Shown one piece after another: positions 45,838 to 57,958 of a stretch of 64,000 nucleotides of DNA. Positions within the stretch are counted from its first letter, which is position 1. Every line of letters begins with the position of its first letter. The stretch comes from a virus, in the IMG/VR virus record IMGVR_UViG_3300010276_000001. One strand, 5' to 3'. A model generated the notes under the pieces. The model had not been told where the DNA came from, searched no databases, and saw only the letters and a list, made by a program, of their open reading frames with translations. Made by a program: the position numbers and the translations under genes.

Positions 45838-46479
45838 CTAACCGTTCACAATTTCTATATGTTCTTCCGATTTATCGTTACACATGTTTATTACATATTT
45901 GCCTATCTTTAGTTCTATAAAACTTATAAATTCTCTAACACCTTTATCATTTTTTATCAAAACACCATGTTTATATATTCCTTCAATAATACCATGCTGT
46001 ATATGATATTCTTTCCATGTTTCATTATCTGCACAACATTTTCTAATTTGACTTTTAGTTTTGATGTTTACTATATCACCGATTTTTAAAGCTGGAATTC
46101 TATGATACACAGGCATTTCATCTTCTTTAATATTATTAGTATCTTGATTTATTAAGCTTTTTTCGCATTTCTCTGTAGTCTGTTTCTTTTTACGGTTAAT
46201 ATTGTTATTCTTACGCCAATATTCAATTTCTGAACCTTCAGCACAAGCAGGACAATACTTTTGTGTCCCATGCCGAACGAACTTCTTGCCACATTTTTTA
46301 CATGGTATTTCTATTGCTATCTGTTTTCTTAGCTTATCAAAATGATAGTAACCTAATCCCAATTCCTTCCGGCACTGTTCATTTGTTTTTTTTTCGACTT
46401 CAATCATGAATTTTATAATATTTATTAATTGCTGATCTGTCATTAATCCTGGCATAATATCACGCTCCTTTGCTGCCAT
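45838..46479 (-). CDS. HTH + Zn-ribbon hypothetical protein
   Basis: CKKCGKKF...KYCPAC. Confidence 0.6.
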   Translation of the reverse strand: MAAKERDIMPGLMTDQQLINIIKFMIEVEKKTNEQCRKELGLGYYHFDKLRKQIAIEIPCKKCGKKFVRHGTQKYCPACAEGSEIEYWRKNNNINRKKKQTTEKCEKSLINQDTNNIKEDEMPVYHRIPALKIGDIVNIKTKSQIRKCCADNETWKEYHIQHGIIEGIYKHGVLIKNDKGVREFISFIELKIGKYVINMCNDKSEEHIEIVNG

Positions 46480-49400
46480 ATTTCCCTCTTAATTCAAAAC
46501 TGATATATAAATCATTAACTTGTGTAATTTTACAACCTTCTACATCTAATTTAGTAGGTATGTCAAATACTTCTTTATAACCATATATCTTTAACCATTT
46601 TTTATTGATTCTTTTCTTTTTATGTTTCCTTGCTTGAACAAGTCTTGAAGCATAACCTTCTATTGTTAAATTGCATAGTTCATCTTGATTGTTAGATTTT
46701 CCATATATTGAATTTAAAACATCTTCCGAAAGTTCAACTTTAGACATATCTATATTTAATTCGCCTGACGTTGTTAAATCTTTTGTGTCCACTTAAAACA
46801 ATCCCCCTTTCGCTAAAATGATGATTCACGAATAGATGTCAAGTATTTTTGGGTATTTCACTTTCGTAGTGGTTTGTTCATTAATTTCAATCATCTCATT
46901 TTTTGTAGGGTTGTGGTAGTCTGTGCCTGAGTCGGGTCTGAGTGCTTTCATAATCTTTCTTGCTAACTTTTCATCAATGCACAAACCTTCGCTCCCGTAC
47001 CATGAACATAATTCCAACGCTTCCTTCATCCTCGCCACCTGCGCCCGGAGTTGCTCATTTTCCTTGTCCCTCGCCGTTACCTCGTCCATGTGGCATTGTA
47101 CCTCATATTTCCAATCGCCAAGTTTTGCCCGGAGCTGCTCATTCTCCTGCTGCAAGGATTCGATGGTGTCAAATAGTATAGACATACAGGTATTTCTATC
47201 TCCGTCACAATATCTTTTTCTGAAACCATTACACTTCTCACAAAATCCGCTTATTGCACTCACGTTATTCATCCTCCTTATCCTACAAACAAAAAGTAAC
47301 GCCGCTTTTTATGTGCTTTGAATACTTATGATTTTTACAGTAGTATCTACTCCAATACCCATCAGTAGCAGTTCTGGTTAACTTCCTAATTTGCCTTTTG
47401 TCTAAGTGTCTCCAATCACATGTAGTGATATCATATCTGCAATTAAAACAATCTTTAGGTGGTCTTTTCATGGCTCAACCCTCATTCCCCTCCACCAGCT
47501 TCAGCGGGCAGTCTGGCCGTCTGCCTTTATTAGGTATCTTTGCATACCTTCCTTGCTCTCGCAAATATCTATATGACAGTGGTACACAATCACAAGTTAT
47601 AGTGCTTAGCGCACATTTTTTACAATTCTCCGGCATCTCCAACTCCAATATCGCTTTAGGCATCGTGTTTGACCTCGCTTTCCTTCTTTATTACCCTCAA
47701 TTTCTTTATTACTTTTTGAGACGATAAGGGTTGATTTTAGTGGGTTTCAAATGAAATTTTCTTTTGTTATCTATAGTCAATCATCAACCATTAACAGGAC
47801 AGGGATAACGTCACAACGTTTTCCATTTTCATTTAACTTGTTGGCTTTATAACAAGCATCTTCAAACAATAGAAAAGTGGCTGAACTTAAATTAAGTGTG
47901 GACATAATCCCATCTCTATTCCCGCTAAATCCTCCAGACACCCAAAAAGAACCATCTTCTAACAAAATTACATGAACGATATCTCTATCTTTTATTGGTT
48001 GCATCTAATTCACTCCTTCTAGCAATTCTGGGTTTTGCCATACATTACCTAATCTAAGCATATTGCCCCTTCACTGTGAACAACCCACAAGCAACCATTT
48101 CGCACTTCAATATTCGTGCAAAAATCAAAGTAATGCATTTCCTTCCAGAAGTCATCCCATACTCGGAACCTATACTGGCTTTCTTTCATTATCCTTCCCC
48201 TCACTCACCAGTTTGGTTTGAACTTCGCAGTTCTTGATACAATACCCGTTTAAAGGCACTTTGTATTTCAGGCAAAAATCTGGTTGTTTTCCTGAAGTTT
48301 TGCTTCCTTCCCACGCAGGAACATAATATTCACAATTAATCATCCTCACTCACCGCCTTTAAACACAGCAATGCAAATGTTGCTAATAATTCGTTTGAAC
48401 AGTCCTGACATACATCTAGCATTTCGTCAGGTGCCTGATATTTAGATATTCTTATCTGGGGTATTGCTGCACCGTCTTTCTCTGGTATTGCAAAATGCGG
48501 TACTTCTTTTTTGCAAATGTCGCATATTTTAATGGTTTTTTCTATTTTCTTAATCATTCTTCAACCTCCTAACCACCACGAAAGTTGTTTGAAATGCTGT
48601 ATAATTTTTTACGCTTATTTCTGTAAACCACCATCAAAGTTGTTTACCCGTATATTCAAAGTAGAAACTGGAAACCTGACTTAAAAAAAGGTCTAGTCAA
48701 ACTAACGCCATTTGGCAATCAATTTATTAAAGCTTGTGTTTTAAATGAAAAGCATTCTTAGCTTTTCATTTTTTTATTATTTCTAAACTTTCAAAAAACT
48801 TTGGATTAATTATCATTGTCTTTTTATCTGTTGAATATTCAAATATTTTTTGTTTAGAAAATGCTCTTTTAATTATTAAAGCATTAAAACCTGTTGCATC
48901 AAACTTTATTTCCTGTATACTACTCTTTAAAATAATCTCATACATTTCCAATGTTCTACCCTCCATTCATTTAAAATAGATTTCATTCTGCTCCCTCACT
49001 TTCTTTCATCTTTTTCTTAATCATAACAGCATGCCAATCGAATAACATGTTTGCAGCAGTAGCCTTTGAAACGGAATATTCTTCTGCAATTTCATCTACT
49101 AATTTTTCAATGCTTTCATGCATTTTGAATATAGTATCAAGCCACTCTATTTTAACTTTACCATGTACATTACTCACCGTTCACACCTCCGCAAAATTTA
49201 TGCTTTGTTAATGTTAATCTCATACCCTCTTGATAACATGCAATTCCACAATGTTTCTAATATCTCTTTGAATTGATCTGCATGATATTCACATGGATGA
49301 TTATTCTTAGTGTATTCATACTCCTTTATGCAAGTCGTAATTAATTCCACCAATTCAACCTTTTCATGCCGCAACTGATTATTTTTTCTCTGCAATTCTA

Positions 49401-52400
49401 CAGCCTTATTCATCCATGATTCCCACGCATGATTGGTTTGTTCATTCTCCAATTGCAACTTTGCTAAATCAGCCTTTAATTGTGCGTTTTCTTTTATTAA
49501 TTCATCATTCAAATGTCCACATATAGGACAGTTTGATTTTATTGCTTTATGTAATTCTTCTCTATTATCCACTGTTTACCCCTCCTTTGTGAGACCGGCT
49601 CACCTTAAACATCTTGAATATCTTCTTCTCCATTCGGAGCCCATTCAATTTCATTATCACCATCTAACCCAGCGTTTTCGCCATACACACCGCATAGTTT
49701 GTCTATGCCGCCATTTCCGCAATACATTGTTAACGAACCTAGTTCATCATATGCTGCTTGTATAATATCATCAGTACCAGCGTTTCCTTCGACATCAACC
49801 TCAACCCATACAGATACTTTTGCTATTCCATAAACTCTCTTTTCATAAACCTATCTCCTTTCAAAAAATCTAGCTTTAGCGTAGTTACTTATCCTCATTA
49901 ACCTTCTTCACAGTTAAAAGTTTTTAATATTTCAGGTATTTCCATTAATAATTCACAATATGTAGTATTATCTTTTTCTGTTTTATCAAGATATTCTCTT
50001 AATTCCTTAATCAACATTTGTTTTAAAGCATCCATTTCATTCATAATAATAACCTCCGTTAAAACCTTATTTTGTTATCAACATATAGATATCAATGTAA
50101 ACTTTAATTATAAATAGCAATACACATAATATTAAAAATATCCACATCAACAAATTAAAAATCCAATTTAAAAATTTTTTTAAAATCATATACCAACGTT
50201 TTCCGTAAAATTTACTATCAGCCCAATGTGGAAACTCAAACAAAAATCTTAATATACCGACTGACACTGTGATTACACCTATTATTACCAATACTGTTAA
50301 TATATGATTCATCCACTCATCCCCTTTCGCTAAACTACTAAACATTGTATTTAACTTGCCTGTAACTTGCCTACAACTTGCTAAAAAGAACAGGCTACCG
50401 AATACATAATGTGGTAATTGGGGCTTTTAACCACACTCCTTTTTATTTATTTTTTATTTTTGTGGTAGCCTGTTGTAAACTTTGTTGGGCGGACGGGTCC
50501 TGCCCCCGCTGGTCGTTGGATTATAACGGTTACGACCTACCCGTCATAAACAGTATGCATGTCATCTCGCCACGCTGCCGCCCAAAGCTTTAATTTAACA
50601 CATCATCATCTTCCTCACGTTCCCATCCTGCACAATCTTTAATCACATGTCCTTTACGGAATATTTCCTGCTCCGTTTTAAAACACCAACCTTTAGCATC
50701 TATATATAGTCCTGTATTATCGTAGATTGCCTTTGTATCTTTATGCTTACATGTAACACATGACTTTACAACAGGATTGAAGAAACATTTGCTTTCATGC
50801 TCTCTTGCTTTATATTTGCTTATATATGACCGTTTGCAAAAGTCACATTTGTATTTAACGATTTGTTTCACTTTTTACACTTCCTTCGCTAACCGTACAT
50901 TTCTTGACTAATCTTCTATGTACCATTTTCCTGATAATATTTGGAATGATGTAATTGGATAGCCATATTCATTCCTTAAGCTACATGAACCTTCTTCGCA
51001 TAAATCTCATTTATTCACTTGCAGACAATTCCTTATGCTTAACAACCTTGCACCACATTTTTTCATTAATTCTTCACGTATTTCATCTAATTGCTTAAAC
51101 GTCCTTATAGGCTTTTGTAAAGTAACATTTGCATCTCCTATCACAAGAGAATTATCTCTTTCTATATATTCATAACTAATCAAATACTTAAATCTTTTCC
51201 GCACATTCTCACCCCTCATTTTGGATAATATCCTGAACAAGCTTTCATTGTCCTTTCCCCTCGACACTCATCACAGATAGCACATGCTGAAAGGTTACCG
51301 CCAATAGTTCTACAGTTATTACAAATACATTGCTCATTATCATACTCACAAGGAAATTTTGGGTATGTGGATTTACCTGTGGTTTTTTCATTCATCCAAC
51401 CACTCCTTTCATTACTTTGCATGTGGATTTAGTTGTGGTATAATCCCACCTATAGACATAGGGTTTACCATTAATGCCGCTTAAAGAGTTTCGTTCAAAA
51501 TGATATCATTATCTTTAGCAACCAAAATTCCATGACCGTAATAACCATTATGTGCGTTGTAAACGGCTAATTGGAATACCCCATTGTCAGTAACAAAATC
51601 AACAAACTGAATGCCTCCGCTGTCGCCATCATAGTAACCTGATTTTTCAACCTTTTCTTTGTTTAAAGCAGTATCAGTTAAGTTAATTTCCCTTAATTCT
51701 GCTCCGATGAATTGATTTAAGTCATCTTCGCTTGCGAAGTATCCCCATGATTCACAGCAAGATTGTCCGTTATCAATTAACACATAGATTACATGTTTAT
51801 CTGTCTCTACTTTATAACCATCCATATCTGCATAACCGCCAAGAATGTTTAGCATTTGAACCATTCCCAGCCTACCACCTTTACCCTCCATTTTAGCCAC
51901 AGGCTGTATTTTGTAGTTGAATCCTTCAGTGATTTCCTTGATTTTTCCTAACATAAAATACTCTCCTTTCTTCAAATACCACAATTTTCTTAAAAATCTA
52001 TTGATTTGCTTAATTTATGCCAATACCACATCTAATTCCTCATGGCCGTTTTCTTTTCCGTTTGTCGCTTTAAAATTAAGTTCTTCTAAGTCATAAACAA
52101 CAACATATACATTCATATTTCCATCATATACACATTCAACGATATCTCCTTCATAAATTTCTTGTCCTTCTGGATATTCTTTCGTTCTTTTTGAGTCCTT
52201 TAATCCGGTGTATTGCAACAATTCTACGTTTTCAAATGGCTGGCAATAACTACCGTATCCAGTTCTATGGCAACCTATTTGCTTTGCTTTAAAATCTAAG
52301 AAAACTACATTGTCAACCATGTGCTTTTTCTCTTTATCCCATGCCTTGAATTTAATTTCTCTCATGTTATCCCTCCTTCGTTATTGTTTTGTTTCTTGTA

Positions 52401-53654
52401 ATGCAATAATACCTATCAAAAGACTTATTATTGTACCTGTCGTAAAAACTATTGCACCAAAAATACTTTTTTCAATCCAAAGTTTTAAAGTCGCACATAA
52501 ACAAGCTCCTACAGCAATAAAAGCTATTGCTATTCTAATTTTTAAAAACATTATCAAATCACCTCACTTACGCTAATCCCATATTTCTTAACTCTCACAT
52601 TCCATTTCAATCATGTTCACCTTTTCCAACATTATTAAGTATTGTTTACCGTTGTAATCTTCGTATACAACCATATTCCCATTTTGTTCTTGCGTCTTGA
52701 TATGTTCCAACACCTTTTGCTTACCGTTATCGAAAAATATTCTCACTTGTGTTGCATATTTAAAAACTATCATACAAACCACCTAAAATTGATTTTTTAT
52801 TTGCGGTAGACTTATTATATTACCCACACCGTAAAATTTAAAAATTACCCTTTAAACCTTAACAAAAGTCCATGTTTTTAATTAAAAGCTAAATTCTTTT
52901 TTGAGCGTGGGCTTATTTTTTTACCTCTGACACGTACCTTTAAAATTTTAGCTGCCTGTTCAATGTCCAATTCGTTGAATTCTAATATTGTTTCAGTATC
53001 GCCTTGTACCACTACTGTAAATATGTGAGGATAATTATTGATAAGTCTTTTACAAACTGATGTGTTTCCGCTCTTTGTATTACTTTCAATCCAAACTCGC
53101 AACTTTGCATCATTGTATCTGTATATCTGTGACCTTTTTCCAATCTTGCATGGTATAAATGAACCTTCGCATATATGTCCTTTACTGTCAATTTCTGATG
53201 ATACTCTGTATATTCCCCTATACTTAATCACTTGCTACCCTCCTTTATGTTTGTGCATATCTTCCGTGTTTCCGGTTCCTTTTCCCATCTGCTACAAATA
53301 CGAACGGTTTCTTACCTGTTCCTTTGATGTGTCCGTATCGCTCTTGTATTTCTTCCGGACTAAGCTTGTATGTTGTTACCGGACTCGCAACAGGTATTCC
53401 TTCGCATACTTCAGTTATAAATCGCTTACCTATCTCGATTTTCATTCTTGCTAACATCAATCTCACCCCTATCAAGCCATAATGCACAAATTAACATCAG
53501 TATAACGATTACTAAAAACCCAACACATAATGCACCGTATTTATTCATGTTCAACACTCTCCAATCTTTTAAGGAATGTTTCAATATCGTATTTGTACCG
53601 GACTTTTTTAATCTGCTGTGGTATATGTATTCCGTTTTCTCTAATCCAATCTAA
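46460..53654 (-). CDS. cluster of ~20 small leftward hypothetical phage genes (e.g. 46460-46792, 46826-47272, 47283-47471, 47475-47663, 47777-48004, 48336-48557, 48766-48966, 48983-49177, 49198-49572, 50067-50345, 50590-50871, 51007-51267, 51216-51422, 51481-51984, 52588-52782, 52878-53231, 53245-53487)
   Basis: Tightly packed co-oriented ORFs with RBSs, several Cys-rich; typical mosaic middle region. Confidence 0.65.
48005..48189 (-). pseudogene. YopX-family remnant with internal deletion
   Basis: MKESQYRFRVWD... start; out-of-frame ...LGNVWQNPELLEG end. Confidence 0.65.
48681..48761 (+). pseudogene. C-terminal remnant resembling Abi-alpha/DUF4393 proteins
   Basis: LKKGLVKLTPFGNQFIKACVL; orphan + strand TATAAT at ~48600. 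Confidence 0.4.
49605..49846 (-). pseudogene. ~79-aa gene frameshifted by an extra AG dinucleotide
   Basis: ATGAAAAGAGAGTTTATGGAATAG; removing one AG opens MKRVYGIAKVSVWVEV...; span 242 nt = 240+2. Confidence 0.6.
52015..52365 (-). CDS. YopX-family protein (lacks the usual GNIYENPELL end)
   Basis: MREIKFKAWDK...LLQYTGLKD...EIYEGDIV. Confidence 0.8.
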   Translation of the reverse strand: MREIKFKAWDKEKKHMVDNVVFLDFKAKQIGCHRTGYGSYCQPFENVELLQYTGLKDSKRTKEYPEGQEIYEGDIVECVYDGNMNVYVVVYDLEELNFKATNGKENGHEELDVVLA

Positions 53655-54056
53655 AGGAATTGACTTCCGTTCTGTTGTTGCTATGTATTGTTCAACTCTA
53701 TCAATCATTACAAAATATGTTTCTGCTACGTCACGGAAGTTGAACACTATACCAGGATATACACCTTTGAACATATTTGCTTTGCATAATTCTATAAGCT
53801 GATTCTGCCGGATACAGTTAAACGGTATTGACTTTCCTTTATGACTTTTAAGTTCTAACAAAAGCAATTTCCTGTCTGATGTTCTGTTATCAAAGAGAAT
53901 GCAATCACACATATTGCTTTGCTGGAATCTTACATTTTCGTTTCTTCCACCGCTAAAATTTGCTGTTCCGTCACGTAACCGATAGAAGAATATTCCTTTC
54001 GGTGTACTCCTTTTAAAATCTTCTTCAAAACTTTTTCCGGCATTCATTAACATCAC
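53541..54056 (-). CDS. recU: Holliday junction resolvase RecU
   Basis: GKSFEEDF, FYRLRD, CDCILF, LLELKS, IRQNQ. Confidence 0.8.
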   Translation of the reverse strand: MMLMNAGKSFEEDFKRSTPKGIFFYRLRDGTANFSGGRNENVRFQQSNMCDCILFDNRTSDRKLLLLELKSHKGKSIPFNCIRQNQLIELCKANMFKGVYPGIVFNFRDVAETYFVMIDRVEQYIATTERKSIPLDWIRENGIHIPQQIKKVRYKYDIETFLKRLESVEHE

Positions 54057-54062
54057 CGTCCT

Positions 54063-54398
54063 TTAACAATCTTCAAACCAACCCTTATACACTAATAAAC
54101 AGTTGTTAACTTCTTCCGGCGTATGCTTCCCTTGTTTAAATTCAACAAATAACTCTGCTATATCGTTCAAGAGTATTGCTTCTTTTTCATTCAATCCAGC
54201 ACCAAATGGGTTGAAATATTTTTGCCGCCATTCTTCCGGGTCCATAGGTGCAATGACATATACACCGTTCTTTTTATGGCCGTATAATCCGTAAACAATT
54301 TCCTTTGCTTTTTCCTTAATTTCATTGAATGTCATATCATATAGCAACTCTTTTCCTATGCCATTTTCTGTTGATTGACAACTTTTTATTGTTTTCAT
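54063..54398 (-). CDS. hypothetical protein
   Basis: ORF track. Confidence 0.55.
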   Translation of the reverse strand: MKTIKSCQSTENGIGKELLYDMTFNEIKEKAKEIVYGLYGHKKNGVYVIAPMDPEEWRQKYFNPFGAGLNEKEAILLNDIAELFVEFKQGKHTPEEVNNCLLVYKGWFEDC

Positions 54399-55074
54399 AC
54401 AGATAACTAATTTCGTTATATAGTTCTTTAATTCTCTTTAACTTCCGACCAACGTAAACCTGTGTAGATCCTACTAAATCACCAATTTGTTTTTGCGTTT
54501 TGCCTTGACTACGTAATTTTAATATCTTCCGTTCTTGTACTGTCAATATTTTGTTTAATGCTTTGAGTTTTTCAGAAATTTCACTTTTACTCGTAAAGTC
54601 TGTCTCTATATCTTTGTCACTAAGAATGTCGCCTAGTTCAATTTCACTTCCATCTTTACCTGAATAAGTTGTTGTATTGAATGATATATAGCCACTTAAT
54701 ACATTAACAACCTCTGTAAGATGATCCTGATCTACTTTTAATTTTTCACATATTTCATCAAACGTGTAACCATGTTTAATTAATGCTCTATAACTTGAAT
54801 ACAATTCTTTATCGGTACGAGGTACATATATCAGATTATTTGAATAATCACGTATATAACGCTTTATTTCGCCTATTATCGTAGTTGTCGCATAAGTTGA
54901 AAATTTAGTCCCATAATTATGGTCAAATTTTCTTTCAGCTTTTACAAGTCCTATACATCCACTTTGGTAATAATCATCAAATTCAGGAGTATTCAACACA
55001 TAGCCGAAATATCTTTTAATTACGTTTCCTACTAAGCCATAATTGTTAGATATTAACTCATTTACATCTTTCAA
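54337..55074 (-). CDS. phage-encoded sigma factor, SigF/SigG/SigB-like
   Basis: DYYQSGCIGLVKAERKFDHNYGTKFSTYATTTIIGEIKRYIRD (region 2); TQKQIGDLVGSTQVYVGR (region 4). Confidence 0.9.
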   Translation of the reverse strand: MKDVNELISNNYGLVGNVIKRYFGYVLNTPEFDDYYQSGCIGLVKAERKFDHNYGTKFSTYATTTIIGEIKRYIRDYSNNLIYVPRTDKELYSSYRALIKHGYTFDEICEKLKVDQDHLTEVVNVLSGYISFNTTTYSGKDGSEIELGDILSDKDIETDFTSKSEISEKLKALNKILTVQERKILKLRSQGKTQKQIGDLVGSTQVYVGRKLKRIKELYNEISYLYENNKKLSINRKWHRKRVAI

Positions 55075-55253
55075 AATTTCACCCCCTATATTTTAAAATT
55101 GGTCTAAATCATCTTGGAATGGATGCGGTTCATTAACTTGTTGCAGCTCTATTGTTTCTTTCCATACTGCTTTCTTGGTAGCAATCATCGTTAAAAGATT
55201 CTTTTTCTCTTCTATAGTTTTAGCTTTCTTAAAATCTGCTTCTGTTATCACTC

Positions 55254-55838
55254 TCAATACTCATCACCACTTTCAAGCATCTGTTGGTACATACCTTCTC
55301 TTAATCTCTGTACGTCACGTTTAAAAGATTCCGGTAACATTGCTTGTGTCTTTAATACCTCTCTATTTTCCGCATACATTCTTTCAAATTCCGGTCTAAT
55401 AAACGATACGTTTCCGATTAATAACTCTTTGCTGCCAAGTTGTTTAACTAGGTTATATATGTCAGGATAATCATTCTTAAGCCTCTGATAATCTTCTGCT
55501 GTACTATAGAGATTGATATACCTTGTAAATATGTCCCATGCTTCTGCACCTGTAATCTGTTCGCCTTGAATAATAGTAAGAGCATTTTCCCTTATATCTG
55601 CTATTGTTGGAGGATATTTTGAAATCAGTATGTGCTTTTGAAGCGCTTTCCCTGCTAGTTTGTAATCAATATCTTCAAGAGCTTTGGCCCACATTTCAAC
55701 TTTCATATTTACACCGTTTTCATCCGTTTCACCAACTGTAAATGATTCGTATGCCATTTTAATAGCTGCAAAGAGTTTAACTATTTCAGAAGATGTCAAA
55801 TTCATTGCCCCCTTTCTCATCTTGTATTGCTTTGTCAT
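55254..55838 (-). CDS. helicase loader/inhibitor (SPP1 G39P-like)
   Basis: VEMWAKALEDIDY...KYPPTIADI, AEAW. Confidence 0.75.
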   Translation of the reverse strand: MTKQYKMRKGAMNLTSSEIVKLFAAIKMAYESFTVGETDENGVNMKVEMWAKALEDIDYKLAGKALQKHILISKYPPTIADIRENALTIIQGEQITGAEAWDIFTRYINLYSTAEDYQRLKNDYPDIYNLVKQLGSKELLIGNVSFIRPEFERMYAENREVLKTQAMLPESFKRDVQRLREGMYQQMLESGDEY

Positions 55839-56706
55839 ATGCTCTTTTTAATGAATCCATATCACGTTCGTATTTTGATTTATATTGTTTCTTAGGTTGA
55901 TGTTGCTGTTGTTGTTTTCTTTTCTCTGCTATCTGTATTTCACGTTCTTTAACAAGCATTTCAGCTTGTTCTTTTGTTCGCACTCCTTTTTCATACCAAG
56001 TCCATAAAATCTTTTCTGTATAAGCTACATTTGATCCATTCCATACCGCAGTACGTTCAAGCGCATAAATTACAGTATCAATATCAAGTGGTTCTGGAAT
56101 TTGGTCTGACTTTTTTAAGAAAAATGTCAATATATCGAGTTGTGTAATAGATGGTAAAACTTTGAATGTATTAAAATATGCTTGCTGTAATTTTATGTTG
56201 ACTTCCCTATATATATCATCATCATATATATTATTATCATTATTATCATTATTATCATTATTGTTTGTATCCGTTGACTGTTTCTTTTCTGTTACCTGGC
56301 TGTTACTTTTATCATCATTACAATCTTGATAAACACTGTAATTTACTATGCTGTAATGTGTTTCCTTTCTGTTACCTAAATCGTATATTTCCAACATATT
56401 GTTTTCAACAAGCCAATTTAAAATACTTGATATAGTTTTGGGGTTCGGCACTTTAAATTTTCCTCTTTCATACCATCCAACCCATTCGGCTATATCTCTT
56501 ATAGATGTAAGTCTTTCGCCACGTTTTATAAGCTTTTTACCTACTGTTTTTGTTCCTGGATACCTATATGGTATATACGTGTCTTTGTGGTTCGCTTCAA
56601 GTAATAGTCTTTCAAATACCCTAAGATATAACGGTGGCATTTGGTAAATATCACTTTTTATGATTGCTCTATGAAGTTTTATATAGCCTTGCACATTCAA
56701 CCTCAC
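55786..56706 (-). CDS. replication initiator / replisome organiser with DnaD-like domain
   Basis: GYIKLHRAI, RGERLTSIR, YTEKILWTWYEKGVRT. Confidence 0.85.
   Translation of the reverse strand: MRLNVQGYIKLHRAIIKSDIYQMPPLYLRVFERLLLEANHKDTYIPYRYPGTKTVGKKLIKRGERLTSIRDIAEWVGWYERGKFKVPNPKTISSILNWLVENNMLEIYDLGNRKETHYSIVNYSVYQDCNDDKSNSQVTEKKQSTDTNNNDNNDNNDNNIYDDDIYREVNIKLQQAYFNTFKVLPSITQLDILTFFLKKSDQIPEPLDIDTVIYALERTAVWNGSNVAYTEKILWTWYEKGVRTKEQAEMLVKEREIQIAEKRKQQQQHQPKKQYKSKYERDMDSLKRAYDKAIQDEKGGNEFDIF
56215..56255. repeat. AT-rich (TCATTATTA)n repeats inside the initiator gene; candidate phage ori
   Basis: ATTATTATCATTATTATCATTATTATCATTATT; lambdoid origins often lie in the initiator linker. Confidence 0.45.
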
Positions 56707-56799
56707 CCCTTTGCGAATTTGTGCAATTATGTATACACAATTGTTAACGCTGCATGATTCACGATATTTGGGGCAAATTGCCCCAAAATATCGTGGTCA

Positions 56800-57198
56800 T
56801 TAAAATGGTAATTCAGAGTCATCTACTGGAATAAATCCTTCTGGAATATCAGATTGCTCTGTACTCTGCTCATTCTTTTTACTACTTCCTGCAAAATACA
56901 CATTATCTACAACAACCTCTGTAGCATAGTGCTTTTTACCTTCTTGGTCTTCCCATGTTCTTGTTTGAATTTTACCGACAACTACAATTGGCTGACCTTT
57001 TGTAAAATATTTGCATACAAATTCTGCTGTGTTTCTCCATGCTTGACAATTTATAAAATCCGCTTGTCTGTTTCCTTCTGAATCTTTGTAATCTCTTTCA
57101 ACTGCTAATGTAAAACTGCACACAGGCGTATTACTTGTCGTATATCGTAATTCAGGCTCGGCAGTCATGCGTCCCATTAGGATTACTTTGTTTAACAT
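56800..57198 (-). CDS. ssb: single-stranded DNA-binding protein
   Basis: MLNKVILMGR...ADFINCQAWR...acidic DDSELPF tail. Confidence 0.95.
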   Translation of the reverse strand: MLNKVILMGRMTAEPELRYTTSNTPVCSFTLAVERDYKDSEGNRQADFINCQAWRNTAEFVCKYFTKGQPIVVVGKIQTRTWEDQEGKKHYATEVVVDNVYFAGSSKKNEQSTEQSDIPEGFIPVDDSELPF

Positions 57199-57217
57199 TT
57201 AATCAACCTCCAATCAT

Positions 57218-57958
57218 TTAAAACGGACACCAGTCCAATTCAATTTCCATGCCGACATCTGCAATAACCGTATCAATTCCGGTCATACTTTGTATTTCAT
57301 TTGCTATCTTCATTGCATCTGAATTGCTATCTGATAAATGAATTAATATAATCTTCCTGACGGTAGATAAATCATTTGCATTTAAGAATTCTTTAACATG
57401 TTTAAGACTAAAATGTGATTCTATCAACCTATTTTTCATAGCACTATGTACTAATCCACTATCAACATTATGTCGTACGGTATCATCATCAAAGTTGCAT
57501 TCAATCATGATATAGTTAAGTCCTTTGAACCGGTATTTAAGATAATAAGTATCAGTTGCAAATAAAAGTTTTTCGCCTGTAGGCTTATACTGTATTAAAA
57601 ATCCCAAACTACCTTCACAATCATGTTGAGTATCAAATGGTAATATAATAAAATCGCCTACTGTAAACTGTTTTTTTGGTTCTATAACGTTGTATCTATA
57701 GTGGTTAATACCTAATGCCTCTTTTGTTCCTTTACTAGCGTATACGTCAATTCCGGCGCTCATAACGTCATGTATCGCTTTGCAGTGGTCTTGGTGAGCA
57801 TGAGTGACTAAGCACCCACACACACCACTAAAATCAAAATTCATCGCTTGCTTTAATCGCCTAAACTGTATACCGCATTCAATCAACAATTTACAGTTAT
57901 CCGATTCAAGAAGATAGCAATTTCCGGCGCTACCACTTGCAAATACTTTCAACTTCAT
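57218..57958 (-). CDS. metallo-beta-lactamase-fold nuclease
   Basis: ASGSAGNCY, THAHQDH, HD, TDT, HLS. Confidence 0.88.
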   Translation of the reverse strand: MKLKVFASGSAGNCYLLESDNCKLLIECGIQFRRLKQAMNFDFSGVCGCLVTHAHQDHCKAIHDVMSAGIDVYASKGTKEALGINHYRYNVIEPKKQFTVGDFIILPFDTQHDCEGSLGFLIQYKPTGEKLLFATDTYYLKYRFKGLNYIMIECNFDDDTVRHNVDSGLVHSAMKNRLIESHFSLKHVKEFLNANDLSTVRKIILIHLSDSNSDAMKIANEIQSMTGIDTVIADVGMEIELDWCPF

